A stretch of 64,000 nucleotides of DNA from Candidatus Omnitrophota bacterium (GTDB taxonomy: Bacteria; Omnitrophota; Gorgyraeia; JAZDFF01). A program made the position numbers and the translations under genes. The notes under the pieces are model-generated. The model had not been told where the DNA came from and searched no databases. It worked only from the letters and a program-made list of their open reading frames with translations. Position 1 is the first letter of the stretch. Each line of letters starts with the position of its first letter. The DNA is taken from assembly GCA_043808095.1 (NCBI GenBank), contig JAZDFF010000015.1:2015-66014 (forward strand), in the 5' to 3' direction. Positions 19,958 to 30,356 of the stretch are shown here, one piece after another.

Positions 19958-20172
19958 CTACAAATTCCTTTATTCAACTTATTTTTAGTATCGGATGCAT
20001 ACGGATTTTAGCGCCTGCCTGCCGGCAGGCAGGGATTCAAGCGGATAAAATAACTTAATCGCGACATCCGTAGCCATCCGTTTGCATCCGTGATAAATAA
20101 CCCTTTAGTTATTAACTGGTGAGAGGTATTCTCAAAAGGCTTCTCAGTCAGGCCCCAATATTGTTCATACAT
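19958..20172. repeat. ~215-bp leader repeat (copy B) with palindrome at 20014..20033 and duplicated gene-start fragment (MYEQYWGLTEKPFENTSHQ)
   Basis: Aligns with 17025..17240 along its whole length. Differences in the coding-like part are mostly synonymous. Confidence 0.7.
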
Positions 20173-20232
20173 CTTTTAATACACGAATTCCACGAATTGC
20201 CACACTAATATTCACTTCCCCCATTCAGTGGA

Positions 20233-21087
20233 CTAATTGTTTAGAGAGAATAAAACATTGGTGGTCTTTTCCAGTTTAGTAATATCAATTCTTTTATTTG
20301 AATTATCCAATTCAAATGCAGCATAGTTAAATTTCTTCATGTATTCTGATAATTGGCTTAATTGATACCCAAGCAGGGGATAAGCAGTTGGAGCAATTTC
20401 ACAAATTATCGCTGGCAAGTTATCACAACATTCAAAATAGTTACTAAGACCTTTTAATACAGGAAACTCGAAACCCTCAGTGTCAATTTTTATCAATGTA
20501 ATGTTATCTAACGCTTTTTCTTTTATATAACTATCTAGCCTGTGAATAGGCACCTCCTTAATTTCCCTTATTGTATCATTAGACATAAAACCTGGAACAA
20601 TTGTATTCCAACCAATATTTTGAAGATTTGTAACAGCTATTTTTTCTATACCCTCCCTTTCGCCTAAAGCGCACTGGTTTACAATAAAGTTATATCCTGG
20701 ATTCAAGAAGGTAACATCTCTAAGTTTTGAAAAATATTCCTGAACAGGTTCAAAGCTATGCACATGACCAGACTTCCCAACAAGCCCCAAAGCAACCGTA
20801 GAAAGATAGCCGATATTTGCACCGACATCTATAAACGTATCCCCCTTCTTCAATATTTTATTCATAGCTTCGACAATCTCTATTTCATAAATTCCCAAAT
20901 ACATATTTTTAACAGCTGAATCGTAATTAAAATCAAATCTGAATACACTCCCACTTTTCAAAGCTTTATTAAAAGATGTTTTTCGAAAAATAAATAAAGA
21001 TCTTACTTTAGCATGGAAGCGTAAAAAGAATTCTTTGGGGTTACTTACTAGCATACAAACAATCCTTTGTAATCGATAAACATTCAT
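20233..21087 (-). CDS. FkbM-family SAM-dependent methyltransferase
   Basis: 284 aa. FIDVGANIGYLS motif of the FkbM methyltransferase domain. Confidence 0.7.
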   Translation of the reverse strand: MNVYRLQRIVCMLVSNPKEFFLRFHAKVRSLFIFRKTSFNKALKSGSVFRFDFNYDSAVKNMYLGIYEIEIVEAMNKILKKGDTFIDVGANIGYLSTVALGLVGKSGHVHSFEPVQEYFSKLRDVTFLNPGYNFIVNQCALGEREGIEKIAVTNLQNIGWNTIVPGFMSNDTIREIKEVPIHRLDSYIKEKALDNITLIKIDTEGFEFPVLKGLSNYFECCDNLPAIICEIAPTAYPLLGYQLSQLSEYMKKFNYAAFELDNSNKRIDITKLEKTTNVLFSLNN

Positions 21088-21138
21088 AATTTAAACCACG
21101 AATTTATCATCGTAAAATTAGTGTAAATTTGTGTGCAA

Positions 21139-22206
21139 TTAGTGTCTATTCGTGCCTCTATCTTCTATATCCCAAACGCTTTTTCTACGCTTTCCGATAA
21201 CCATTAAGACCGAGATAACCGCAAAAACTAGGCCCGCCTGGATAAGAAGCATTATTGCATCAAATCCAGGATCTTGCCAGAGCACAACTGCGCTTAAACC
21301 AAGTATCAAGGAAATGGAATAGATAAATAATACCGCTCCCCTAAAGTGCAACCCGAGCTCTACCAGGCGATGATGGAAGTGATCAAGCGCCGCGTACTCA
21401 AACCATTCTATAATATTCTTGATTTTTTTGGTATATACCCGCGCAATGGTAGTAAAAGTCATATCAAAAATCGGTACCCCCAAAATCAAAATGGGGACAG
21501 TTATGGCCACTACATTATCCTGGGCCCAGTTGCCCATTATAGCTATGCAGGCAAGGATAAAACCTAAGAAAGTACTGCCGCTATTTCCTAAGAAAATCTT
21601 CGCCGGGTGAAAATTATACCTTAATAACCCGAGACAACCGCCAGCTAAGGCAAGACAGATGGCCGCTAATTGTAATTGGCTGGTCAGATAACAAACGACA
21701 AAAAAACAAATACTGGTAATAACGGCAAGGCCGGTAGCCAAACCATCCAGACCATCCAGGCAATTCAAGGCATTGGTAATACCAATAATCCATATAATAG
21801 TCAAGATCCATTCACCCGATAGCCCCAGCCAGTTATTAGGGAGAAAAGTCAATACAATACCGAATTTAATAACCAAAATAGAGGCCAATAGCTGAATCAA
21901 TAACCTTAAAGTAGCTGATAACCCCTTTTTGTCGTCGATTAAACCAGTTATGAGAATAATAAGGCTACCAAGGAGTAACCCTTTTGCCGGTAACCTGAAA
22001 TCTCTGTCTTTAATCAATAATATCACACTTAAAAAGAAGGCAATCGATATAACCAAGCCACCTAAAATAGGCATGGGTCGCTTATGGATGCTGCGTTCCT
22101 TGGTTGGATAATCTAAGAAATTAAACCAGCCGGCAACCCTTATGAAGAGAGGGGTGGCAAGATACGATACTAAAAATGAAAAAAGAAATATTTTAAAAGA
22201 TGTCAT
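21139..22206 (-). CDS. Polyprenyl-phosphate N-acetylhexosamine-1-phosphate transferase (WecA/MraY family, priming enzyme)
   Basis: 355 aa, ~10 TM. Has GLIDDKKGL (DDxxG) and NALNCLDGLDGLA motifs. Confidence 0.8.
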   Translation of the reverse strand: MTSFKIFLFSFLVSYLATPLFIRVAGWFNFLDYPTKERSIHKRPMPILGGLVISIAFFLSVILLIKDRDFRLPAKGLLLGSLIILITGLIDDKKGLSATLRLLIQLLASILVIKFGIVLTFLPNNWLGLSGEWILTIIWIIGITNALNCLDGLDGLATGLAVITSICFFVVCYLTSQLQLAAICLALAGGCLGLLRYNFHPAKIFLGNSGSTFLGFILACIAIMGNWAQDNVVAITVPILILGVPIFDMTFTTIARVYTKKIKNIIEWFEYAALDHFHHRLVELGLHFRGAVLFIYSISLILGLSAVVLWQDPGFDAIMLLIQAGLVFAVISVLMVIGKRRKSVWDIEDRGTNRH

Positions 22207-22817
22207 ATTTGTAACATAAATCTCAAACTCTTGAAGCCTTCGGCATACTTGACTCTTCCCTGAAACCCTCTAAAATTTGCGCAAGAGGTGGCACTCTCTA
22301 TGATGCTTAAGCCAGGCACGCGCGTTTTATCTACTTGTGAATGATGGATCTTCAAAAGCTCCAATTTTTCTTCTAAAACATCCCCAATATCTGCAAATAC
22401 GTCTGGCTGAAAATCTTGTGTTGTCGGGACCTCATAAAATAAAACATTTTTAATATAGCGCGATGCTGAGATTGCTGCCTGGGCAAGTGCACGATGGTCC
22501 TGGTGGATATCATTAGAATAATTAAATAAAATCAAGTCTGGGTTTGTTTGGTTCATCACACCTTCTATTATTTGGATTAGGTCTCTACTTACAGTAATTT
22601 TGGTGTCTGGGAAACCTCCCCAGAATAGTCTCTTGACCTTTAAAAATCCGCAAGAAGCCTCCTGCTCTTTTCTTCTAAATTGTGCATCTGAACCCACTTC
22701 TCCTTCAGTCAAAACCAGCATATAAATGCTACAATTTTTCTTTGCATATTTTAGTAAAGTACCGCCGCAGCCGAATTCTATATCATCCGGATGCGCACCA
22801 ATGGCTAATATGTTCAT
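22203..22817 (-). CDS. PIG-L/LmbE-family N-acetylglucosaminyl deacetylase
   Basis: 204 aa. AIGAHPDDIEFGCGGTL (HPDDxE zinc-binding motif). Confidence 0.75.
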   Translation of the reverse strand: MNILAIGAHPDDIEFGCGGTLLKYAKKNCSIYMLVLTEGEVGSDAQFRRKEQEASCGFLKVKRLFWGGFPDTKITVSRDLIQIIEGVMNQTNPDLILFNYSNDIHQDHRALAQAAISASRYIKNVLFYEVPTTQDFQPDVFADIGDVLEEKLELLKIHHSQVDKTRVPGLSIIESATSCANFRGFQGRVKYAEGFKSLRFMLQI

Positions 22818-22981
22818 TTTTTCTCCTTATTTAGGGCTTTACAAAATTCGTTTCGCCCTTGATTACGGAGATTAGAAATTGATTCCAGAGATTAAAGCTC
22901 CACGAGAAATCGCTGTAATCATTCTAAAATCACTGTAATCAACAGCCCTCAGGTTAATTTCGTGAAGGGCTGATTATAATA

Positions 22982-24022
22982 TTAACATATCTTTTTAATT
23001 ACCTCAATAACTCTTTTTTGTTCATTGGGTTTAAGGGACGGATATATCGGTATAGAGACTGCCGAATTCCAGGCAGCCTCTGCTCGGGGGTAGCTGCGTT
23101 GGCCTAAATATTTATGCAAAAGTTTGTATACAGGTCTTTCGCAGATAACATTGTTTCTTTTTAGAAAATTTAATGCCTTCCTCAGGTCTTTTTTAATCCT
23201 AATTACATAACGGAAATAGATATGTCCTTTCGTAGATTTCGGTGAATCGAAATCACAATTAGAAAACGCCTTATTATACCTTCTAGCTAAATATCTTCTT
23301 TGGTTAATAAATTTATCTAATTTTTTAAGTTGGCTCATACCGAGTGCCGCCTGAATATCAGTCATCTTATAGTTGAACCTTAGCTTGAATGATTTTTTCT
23401 TATCGTAATCCCTGAGATCTCGGACTTTGTCTAATAAGCTTAAGTTGTTAGAAAATACCATCCCGCCTTCTCCTGTTGTAAGTAATTTGGTGGTATAGAA
23501 TGATGTCATGCTTAGATCCCCAAAGGTCCCAACCTTTCTACCAGAATATTCAGCTCCAATTGCCTGGGCACAATCTTCAATTACAGGTATTCCTAACTTT
23601 CTAAAAGGCAATATATCTACGGGTGAACCAAACATATGGCTGACGATTATCGCTTTAGTTTTTCTAGTCAGCTTCTTCTTGGTATCAATAAATGAAATAT
23701 TAAAATCGTCGGCGTCAATATCTGCAAATTTAGGTCTGGAACCTACATACAAAATAGCGTTTAAGACAGCGCTACATTGATAGGTAGACAAAATCACCTC
23801 ATCTTTTTCCTTTATACCAAGTGCGAGAAAGCAAAGATGTAAAGCGGATGTTCCAGAGTTAACTACCAACGCACCTTTAACATCCAGATATTTAGCAAAA
23901 CGCTTCTCAAACTCAAATACAAATTTCCCTTGACTTATATGTCCAGATTCTAAAACTGCTAAAACGCAATCAATATCATCTTTAGAAAGCGTAGGCCTAG
24001 AATGAGGAATCATTCTCTGCAT
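22982..24022 (-). CDS. DegT/DnrJ/EryC1/StrS-family sugar aminotransferase (PLP)
   Basis: 346 aa. Family-typical layout with SFYTTKLLTTGEGG (active-site Lys region). Confidence 0.8.
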   Translation of the reverse strand: MQRMIPHSRPTLSKDDIDCVLAVLESGHISQGKFVFEFEKRFAKYLDVKGALVVNSGTSALHLCFLALGIKEKDEVILSTYQCSAVLNAILYVGSRPKFADIDADDFNISFIDTKKKLTRKTKAIIVSHMFGSPVDILPFRKLGIPVIEDCAQAIGAEYSGRKVGTFGDLSMTSFYTTKLLTTGEGGMVFSNNLSLLDKVRDLRDYDKKKSFKLRFNYKMTDIQAALGMSQLKKLDKFINQRRYLARRYNKAFSNCDFDSPKSTKGHIYFRYVIRIKKDLRKALNFLKRNNVICERPVYKLLHKYLGQRSYPRAEAAWNSAVSIPIYPSLKPNEQKRVIEVIKKIC

Positions 24023-24708
24023 CTGGATTTCCTTAAAATAGAAAGGCTTTCTTTACCCTGATTAAACAACAGATCTACAATTGACAGGTTTTCTATGAAT
24101 GGCTGTTTTTTCTCATAAAGTTGTTTATATCTGGGGTGTCGGAAATCCTGGAAAATAAGCTCTATGCCTTGTTTCTTAAATTTCTCTGTCTCAAGATAGA
24201 GGCGGCCTCCTTCGCCAGAAAGATAGGTATCGGCACCCAAGTTCTTACAGATATTTATTAGATGTTCAGTTGCCAAGCCTGGTTGTTTTAGGTCGCAAGA
24301 TCTTACCAATTTAGTCTTTATCCCCAATATTTTGACAATACTTTTGATTATGCTGATATTTAATTCAGATAAATAAGTCCATCTTTCGCTATAGACCGTT
24401 TTAAAAAAATCAATGTAATCGCCAAAGTATGGCGCCTTATTATAATTTATAATAAGTGCATTGAGGTGCTGCCTTGGCCAATCAATATCGTTGTTTATTG
24501 TGACTGCTCTTATCTGTTGGGGAAATTTGTGCATTACGGGAACGCTGACCCATTGCCAATCCTTAGATGTCTTTATTTTATTGCGATTCTGCCATTCGTT
24601 TTTTTTGAATTGAACGTCATCCAGAAATACAAACATGTCCGACCTATCTATCTTGTCAAAATATCCTAACCAAGGAAGGTATTGGGGTTGATGAATAGAA
24701 ATAATCAT
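24010..24708 (-). CDS. WbqC-like family protein
   Basis: 232 aa. IHQPQYLPWLGYFDKI...FLDDVQF is characteristic of the WbqC-like family found in O-antigen clusters. Confidence 0.65.
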   Translation of the reverse strand: MIISIHQPQYLPWLGYFDKIDRSDMFVFLDDVQFKKNEWQNRNKIKTSKDWQWVSVPVMHKFPQQIRAVTINNDIDWPRQHLNALIINYNKAPYFGDYIDFFKTVYSERWTYLSELNISIIKSIVKILGIKTKLVRSCDLKQPGLATEHLINICKNLGADTYLSGEGGRLYLETEKFKKQGIELIFQDFRHPRYKQLYEKKQPFIENLSIVDLLFNQGKESLSILRKSRCRE

Positions 24709-26246
24709 TTTCTCTTAACAAAAATGGGGTTGGAAACTATCTCCGAGGGACTGTCTATCAATAATCTATAAAAACTTTTAATTCTATCTCTTGGCACATC
24801 ATCCCGAATCTGGAATTCAAATTTTTCCTCTCCAGTCTCGAATATCTTGAATAGCTGTCCGTTTTTAATCAACCTTATTTTAACCGGTGATCGATCAATA
24901 TTCGGTCGATAACCTTTTATATTGATATTAATATCGTTAAAAAGTTGATCGCTATTTATCAGGGAATTTTCCGCCGAATCTCTTGCCTTAACATCAACAT
25001 GTAATTCTCCGCCCATATATGCGATTTGGTTAGTTTTGTTATTTTTTATAGAGAATTCTGTTAATATAACTTCGTTTTTGTTGCCCCAGATGGCATATAG
25101 CCTGCCTTTTTTTAGCGCATCAAGAACTTCATTTTTATTAAATTCTTTTAGAAATAAAACATTATGGATATAATCTATTTCCCCTTCACCTTGGAAACCT
25201 GTCTCGCCGATTCCCCAAACGGCCCTATCTCGCTGGCCCAGACAATATTCATTTAGCAATTCATCCCATTCAGCACCCGCCTTATGCATTGTTCTAGAAT
25301 CTCCGTAAATAACGCTAAATCCCGTATAGCCAGAACTATCAAAAAGGTCTTCTTTATGGGAAAGCGTAGAAAAATGTATGCCTGCGATATTATTTTGAAC
25401 ACAAGATTCAACAGACAACCAGAAACTTAAGGCGTTATGAAGATTAGCATAATCGATTAGCCTTTGATAAGGCAAAATTTTCTTATCACCGTGGTAAGGA
25501 TCAAACTCAGCAGGAACCGTAAAAGGAAAATTATTTATTAAAGACATTGTGCTGATAATAATTACAATTATACTTGTACCCCTTGCCAGAAAATTTATAC
25601 AGGAAAAATCTCTTCCTAGGTCATCCACATATTCAAATTTCTTCTTGCGAAAAAGATAAATTCCTAAAAAAAGAGTAAATATCGGCCACAGCTGCACCAA
25701 ACTCTTAAAACCATACTTTAGTTTTTTATACTTATTGGATATTGTGGGTAAATTCCGGTAATCACTTGCATTATCTAGGCCTATAACGATTAATTGTTTA
25801 CTCCAATCATGTACTGTCAACTCTCCTTTTAAAAAAGAACATTTCCACCAATAGAAAGGCGCTACCTCGCATCCGGGTATAATCAGAACCTGAGGATTTT
25901 CTTTATTTGCCTTACCTATTAAATCTAAATATCTCTGTGCACCAAATTTAAGGATACTATCTTTCTCTCGGACTTTCCGTATAAGCATGCGAAACGGCCA
26001 AATACCAAATTCACCACGGGCTAAAGCCTGGTCTGTCAAAATTAAGACACTCACATTAGATTCTTTGGCATATTTAGCTAATTGGTCAATAGAACACGTA
26101 CCTGCGCTGACATTGGAGTTAACCCCAATAACTGCCTTTACCCTGATAAATTCTTCTGCAGAGGCATCATTGATTAGACAAAATAGAAAACAAAATAAAT
26201 AAGATAAAATTATGAGGCTATCTTTCTTGGGAAAGTAAGTCATCAT
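24705..26246 (-). CDS. Hypothetical exported/membrane-anchored protein
   Basis: 513 aa with an N-terminal signal-like segment and one internal hydrophobic segment. No confident family; possibly a metal-dependent (PHP-like) hydrolase. Confidence 0.35.
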   Translation of the reverse strand: MMTYFPKKDSLIILSYLFCFLFCLINDASAEEFIRVKAVIGVNSNVSAGTCSIDQLAKYAKESNVSVLILTDQALARGEFGIWPFRMLIRKVREKDSILKFGAQRYLDLIGKANKENPQVLIIPGCEVAPFYWWKCSFLKGELTVHDWSKQLIVIGLDNASDYRNLPTISNKYKKLKYGFKSLVQLWPIFTLFLGIYLFRKKKFEYVDDLGRDFSCINFLARGTSIIVIIISTMSLINNFPFTVPAEFDPYHGDKKILPYQRLIDYANLHNALSFWLSVESCVQNNIAGIHFSTLSHKEDLFDSSGYTGFSVIYGDSRTMHKAGAEWDELLNEYCLGQRDRAVWGIGETGFQGEGEIDYIHNVLFLKEFNKNEVLDALKKGRLYAIWGNKNEVILTEFSIKNNKTNQIAYMGGELHVDVKARDSAENSLINSDQLFNDININIKGYRPNIDRSPVKIRLIKNGQLFKIFETGEEKFEFQIRDDVPRDRIKSFYRLLIDSPSEIVSNPIFVKRK

Positions 26247-27390
26247 ACAGGTTTTTAAATTTACTTAACATTAAATCGGATGAAAAGTTTTCAAGAACCC
26301 ATTTTTTTGCTTCCTTTGCCATATCATTATATAATTCTCTATCTTTTAATAACCCGATTATCGCTTCGGCTAAGGCATAACTATCTTTTGGCGGCACTAA
26401 AATTCCTGTAATTTTATCTAAAACGACTTCTGGAATACCTCCTACCTTAGTAGCTACAACCGGCTTTCCTAAAATTCCTGCCTCAAGTAATACTAAGCCA
26501 AAACCCTCATTTAAAGATGGTAATGCAATTAAATCAGAAATAGAGATTATTTCTATGACATCCTCTCTTTCACCTAAAAAGTTAACTACATTAAAAATAT
26601 TTAATTTTCTGGCTGCATTCTCTAACTCTTTTTTTAACGACCCATCTCCCACAATTAATGCTTTAGCTTGCGGGAATTGTCTTATTATTTCTTTCATTGC
26701 TTCCCAAAAATAAATATGGCCTTTTACCGGCTCCAGTCGCCCTACCATAGTGACTAAATAATCTTCTTCCAAAAAATGTAGTTCTTCCCTCTTAGCTGAT
26801 TTATCTACTTTAATATTAAGGTTTTTATCCAATTCTATGCCATTATGGATGCTGATAAACTTATTATCTTTTGCTATACCGAATTTTATATGTTCGTTCT
26901 TGCCGATTTCTGTAAGGGTGACTATTTTATCTGTTATGTAAGCTGTCAACTTCTCCAAAAAGATAAAGAGATCCGTTTTTAATCTGCCGAAGTATCCGTA
27001 GAAAATATGTCCGTGCGGCATATGAACGACTATATGAACGCCGGCCAATCTTGCTGCCCATCGGCCAAGGATGCCTGCCTTTGAGGTGTGGGTATGCACA
27101 ATTTGAGGTCTTTCTTTTTTTAAAACAGAATATAATCTAAAAAAACTAATCAAATCCAAAAAAGGATTAGGATTGCGTCTAAGTTGATTTATAAAAATAA
27201 TCTGGATGCCTGTCTGACTTGAAAATCTATCCAAATCTTCTTGGGGATCTTTAGTAAGACCGCTGATAATCTTTACAAGGTAATCTTGCCTATTCAAGAA
27301 TTTAGCCAGCTCTAAAACAATCTTAGAAGATCCGCCTTTATCCAGGCGGGTGATAATCTGAATTATATTTATTTTTTCCATTTGACACAA
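26218..27390 (-). CDS. Glycosyltransferase family 4 (GT-B)
   Basis: 390 aa with the EGFGLVLLEAGILGKPVVAT motif (E-x7-E region). Confidence 0.75.
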   Translation of the reverse strand: MCQMEKINIIQIITRLDKGGSSKIVLELAKFLNRQDYLVKIISGLTKDPQEDLDRFSSQTGIQIIFINQLRRNPNPFLDLISFFRLYSVLKKERPQIVHTHTSKAGILGRWAARLAGVHIVVHMPHGHIFYGYFGRLKTDLFIFLEKLTAYITDKIVTLTEIGKNEHIKFGIAKDNKFISIHNGIELDKNLNIKVDKSAKREELHFLEEDYLVTMVGRLEPVKGHIYFWEAMKEIIRQFPQAKALIVGDGSLKKELENAARKLNIFNVVNFLGEREDVIEIISISDLIALPSLNEGFGLVLLEAGILGKPVVATKVGGIPEVVLDKITGILVPPKDSYALAEAIIGLLKDRELYNDMAKEAKKWVLENFSSDLMLSKFKNLYDDLLSQER

Positions 27391-27392
27391 AT

Positions 27393-28568
27393 CTACCTTG
27401 CTATAAAGTGATGCTTAAATAAGAATTCTTCAATGAGCCCTGCTAATGCCTTGTTGCCTTCCGGATTCAGATGTCTATCTATAGTAAAATATAGCCTCTT
27501 ATCTCTGAACTTTAGAGAGGTAAATTCCTCCAGAAGATTTATACAGGGTATTCTTTCTGATTCTAATTCTTTAGTTAACCAAAATATTGGTTCATATGTT
27601 CTATCTTTATAGTCAATAAAATTTTTCTTGATGGCTGTATCCACATGATATGTGTCCGGAATGAGAATAACAATGAAGTCTGAGTTATTGCTTTTGGCTT
27701 CTGTCTGAAATTTTTTGAGGATTTTTACCGTTATAAAAACATCTTCTTTAGTAGTTTTATGCATTCGTTGCTCAACTATAAATGCCCCACCCATTTTCCT
27801 CAAAAATGGTATAAATTGAGGGAAATTACTTAATCGTTCAAACAATAAATTCGATAATGCTGAGTGTGTCTGGATAATAAATCTTATATCATTAAGAAAA
27901 CCCCTTCGTCTTCCAAAATGTTCAAATTCCTCTTCAGTAAGAAGTGAGAATTCCCTTGGCTGAAAGTACAGTTCATCATTCTTCAATATGAAGTACGGTC
28001 CGTTTATATTATTTATATCTTCATCTGTGAGGTCAGGATATATATCATCTCCAATATAAAATAACAGAATGATTATATCAGGGGCATATTTAATGCCTTC
28101 GGTTTTATACATAAGGTATTCTTTAAGCAAATCGTAACCCGATACACTCAAATTAACCACTTCTAAAATTTTATCATGCTTGGATTGCAGTATAGATGAA
28201 TACATCTTGAGGTTGTCTACGCCAAATCCCCAACCAAAAGAATCCCCTAAAAATAGTATTCTCTTTTTGTTATTAGTTCTTTGGTAGGGAATTTCTTTAC
28301 CGCGAAAACCTTTGGAATTTGTCTGCCAGCGCATCTTGAATTCTCCCTGCCATTTCTGGAGTATTAGATCTAAGTTTGGTTTCGGCCGAAGTTTAAACGT
28401 CTTATCCTGATTAAAGAACCTCGCGAGATCATCATTATAGTAACCCCTCTTTACCCCTTCCCAGAGAGGGGATAACTTAAATATTCTAACAACCTCCTCC
28501 GCAAGAAGTATTGCAAATATAATACCCAAAAATGACAAGGAAAGATTAATGATTATTTTTTTCATCAT
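27393..28568 (-). CDS. SGNH/GDSL hydrolase-family protein (possible polysaccharide O-acyl esterase/acyltransferase, AlgX/AlgJ-like)
   Basis: 391 aa, N-terminal TM/signal. Block I ILFLGDSFGWG and block V DRHLNPEG. Confidence 0.6.
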   Translation of the reverse strand: MMKKIIINLSLSFLGIIFAILLAEEVVRIFKLSPLWEGVKRGYYNDDLARFFNQDKTFKLRPKPNLDLILQKWQGEFKMRWQTNSKGFRGKEIPYQRTNNKKRILFLGDSFGWGFGVDNLKMYSSILQSKHDKILEVVNLSVSGYDLLKEYLMYKTEGIKYAPDIIILLFYIGDDIYPDLTDEDINNINGPYFILKNDELYFQPREFSLLTEEEFEHFGRRRGFLNDIRFIIQTHSALSNLLFERLSNFPQFIPFLRKMGGAFIVEQRMHKTTKEDVFITVKILKKFQTEAKSNNSDFIVILIPDTYHVDTAIKKNFIDYKDRTYEPIFWLTKELESERIPCINLLEEFTSLKFRDKRLYFTIDRHLNPEGNKALAGLIEEFLFKHHFIAR

Positions 28569-28785
28569 AACTCCTTATAAAATTATTTAATCTTAAGATA
28601 AAAATCCTCACCATAAATTGCTACAGAGGACTAAAGTAATTTCTACATGAAAATAGTAAATACCCGAACTTTACGATAGAGTTAATTATTGAATTTAATA
28701 AGACTAAATACAGACAACGAAAAAAATTGATATGTTAAAGAACGGGTTAAAATTTAATTTTTAGCAATACTTTTTAAGGATGTCG

Positions 28786-30333
28786 TTAAAAATAACTAAC
28801 TTTTATTAAAACGAAGTTGTTATCGGAATATACGACATTTCCAAAGCGTTTAAATAAATCTATTTTAGTTCGCAAAATTTGACTTCTCTTTATATTTAAT
28901 AGCAAAAACCCAACTTTATATTTTCTAATTATATTTAATTGAGTATTGTAATAGGCATTATCTTTAAAGAAACGTTCCAAGTCTTCTATTCGTTCCTCGG
29001 CATCATTAACACCATAAAGCGTGGGTGGAGCTGCGACTACCTTGCCTCCAAAGACAGGTATTAATGCGCTAGTTTCTATATCTGATAATATTACGTCGTA
29101 TTGTTTAGTATACTTGGAAAGGAATAAATATGTTCCATAATCATTTTGACCTCCCAAAAAACAACGAATAAGTACTGGTAAAACTCTAATAACACAAATC
29201 AAAATTAAGATAATCATACCTCGATATGCTAATAATGAGACAGAATTACCTAACGTCAATTCAGATTCTATCCTGACAAACCAAACTGCAATAACTATAT
29301 CTAACATTAGCACAATGTAAAAAATTACACGTCCATAACTCCAATTTCGTGATATAGCACCATAAAAATAAATAAGGCATAGTCCGAAAAACATCAACGC
29401 TAAGGGATCCCGCCAATTTAACCTAATTCTAAGCATGAGCAACGGAAGACCGATGATAACAGGGAATATGCGCGTAAATGCACCGCTATAGAATGTATAA
29501 CTGTGCTCGAGAAATGTAGACGGCTGCGATAAGATGACATTCTGCCAAAAAGGATAACATGGCCAAGCAGCGGCGAACAAGAAAGACAGGAAAAAGACAC
29601 CCATAAGTAATGCGTAATTACGCCATCGACGAATTCCGCCTAAACTTATAGATAGCATTATCAAACATATACACATTACAACTGCAGTTGGTGGATGCGT
29701 CAGCAATACTAAAACTATCGCTATAAAAAGAGCAAAAAAACTTAATTGGCTTTTTCCTTTCAGAATCTGAATATAAATAGAAAATGATAAAAACATTAGA
29801 GCCGCTGCAAATGTAGATGGATAAGGTAAAACATAGCCTAAAGTCCATAGATGGAGAAATCCGCTCCAGGTCCATGGATTACGGCCCCATAAAATTAGCA
29901 TAAAAAGTAATGAATAGAATGAAATATTTTCACTATTTTTACCATCAAATAATAAAAAAATAAACAATCTAAACCATATTAAAAAAAGTATCAGATTAAT
30001 TATACCTACAATAGAAAGTGTCGCTATAGGAGTTAAGTTCGTAAGTCGCGAAATCCAAGCAACACCCAAAGCATATGGTGAGTAGAATGTATGTGGTGCA
30101 TCTAACAATACTTGAGGATGCTGAGGAAAAATGGGATGCGTAGCAAGCTCACGGATAACAGCACTGTGGATCCAGAAATCACCCCCCCACTGTCCATTTA
30201 CTGTATGGAAAACCATGAGCACTAAAACAAAAATAGATAAAATTAAATAACGGTATCTAGACAAATCACGCAAATTGTGTATTCTGTCAGTATAATTTTT
30301 GAACATCTCGGAATAAATTAAGTTTTCCTTCAT
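28786..30333 (-). CDS. Polytopic integral membrane protein (GT-C-like / polymerase-like), hypothetical
   Basis: 515 aa, >10 predicted TM helices. No soluble catalytic motif recognised. Confidence 0.45.
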   Translation of the reverse strand: MKENLIYSEMFKNYTDRIHNLRDLSRYRYLILSIFVLVLMVFHTVNGQWGGDFWIHSAVIRELATHPIFPQHPQVLLDAPHTFYSPYALGVAWISRLTNLTPIATLSIVGIINLILFLIWFRLFIFLLFDGKNSENISFYSLLFMLILWGRNPWTWSGFLHLWTLGYVLPYPSTFAAALMFLSFSIYIQILKGKSQLSFFALFIAIVLVLLTHPPTAVVMCICLIMLSISLGGIRRWRNYALLMGVFFLSFLFAAAWPCYPFWQNVILSQPSTFLEHSYTFYSGAFTRIFPVIIGLPLLMLRIRLNWRDPLALMFFGLCLIYFYGAISRNWSYGRVIFYIVLMLDIVIAVWFVRIESELTLGNSVSLLAYRGMIILILICVIRVLPVLIRCFLGGQNDYGTYLFLSKYTKQYDVILSDIETSALIPVFGGKVVAAPPTLYGVNDAEERIEDLERFFKDNAYYNTQLNIIRKYKVGFLLLNIKRSQILRTKIDLFKRFGNVVYSDNNFVLIKVSYF

Positions 30334-30356
30334 TCTTTAAGTTAATAATTTATTAA

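Noticed and set aside
24705-26246. Calling the 513-aa protein a CpsB-like PHP tyrosine phosphatase partnering the BY-kinases
   Set aside because: I could not find the PHP His/Asp metal-binding motifs by eye. It is left as hypothetical.
29418-29875. 60- and 85-aa minus-strand ORFs inside the 515-aa membrane-protein gene
   Set aside because: Alternate frames of the larger gene.
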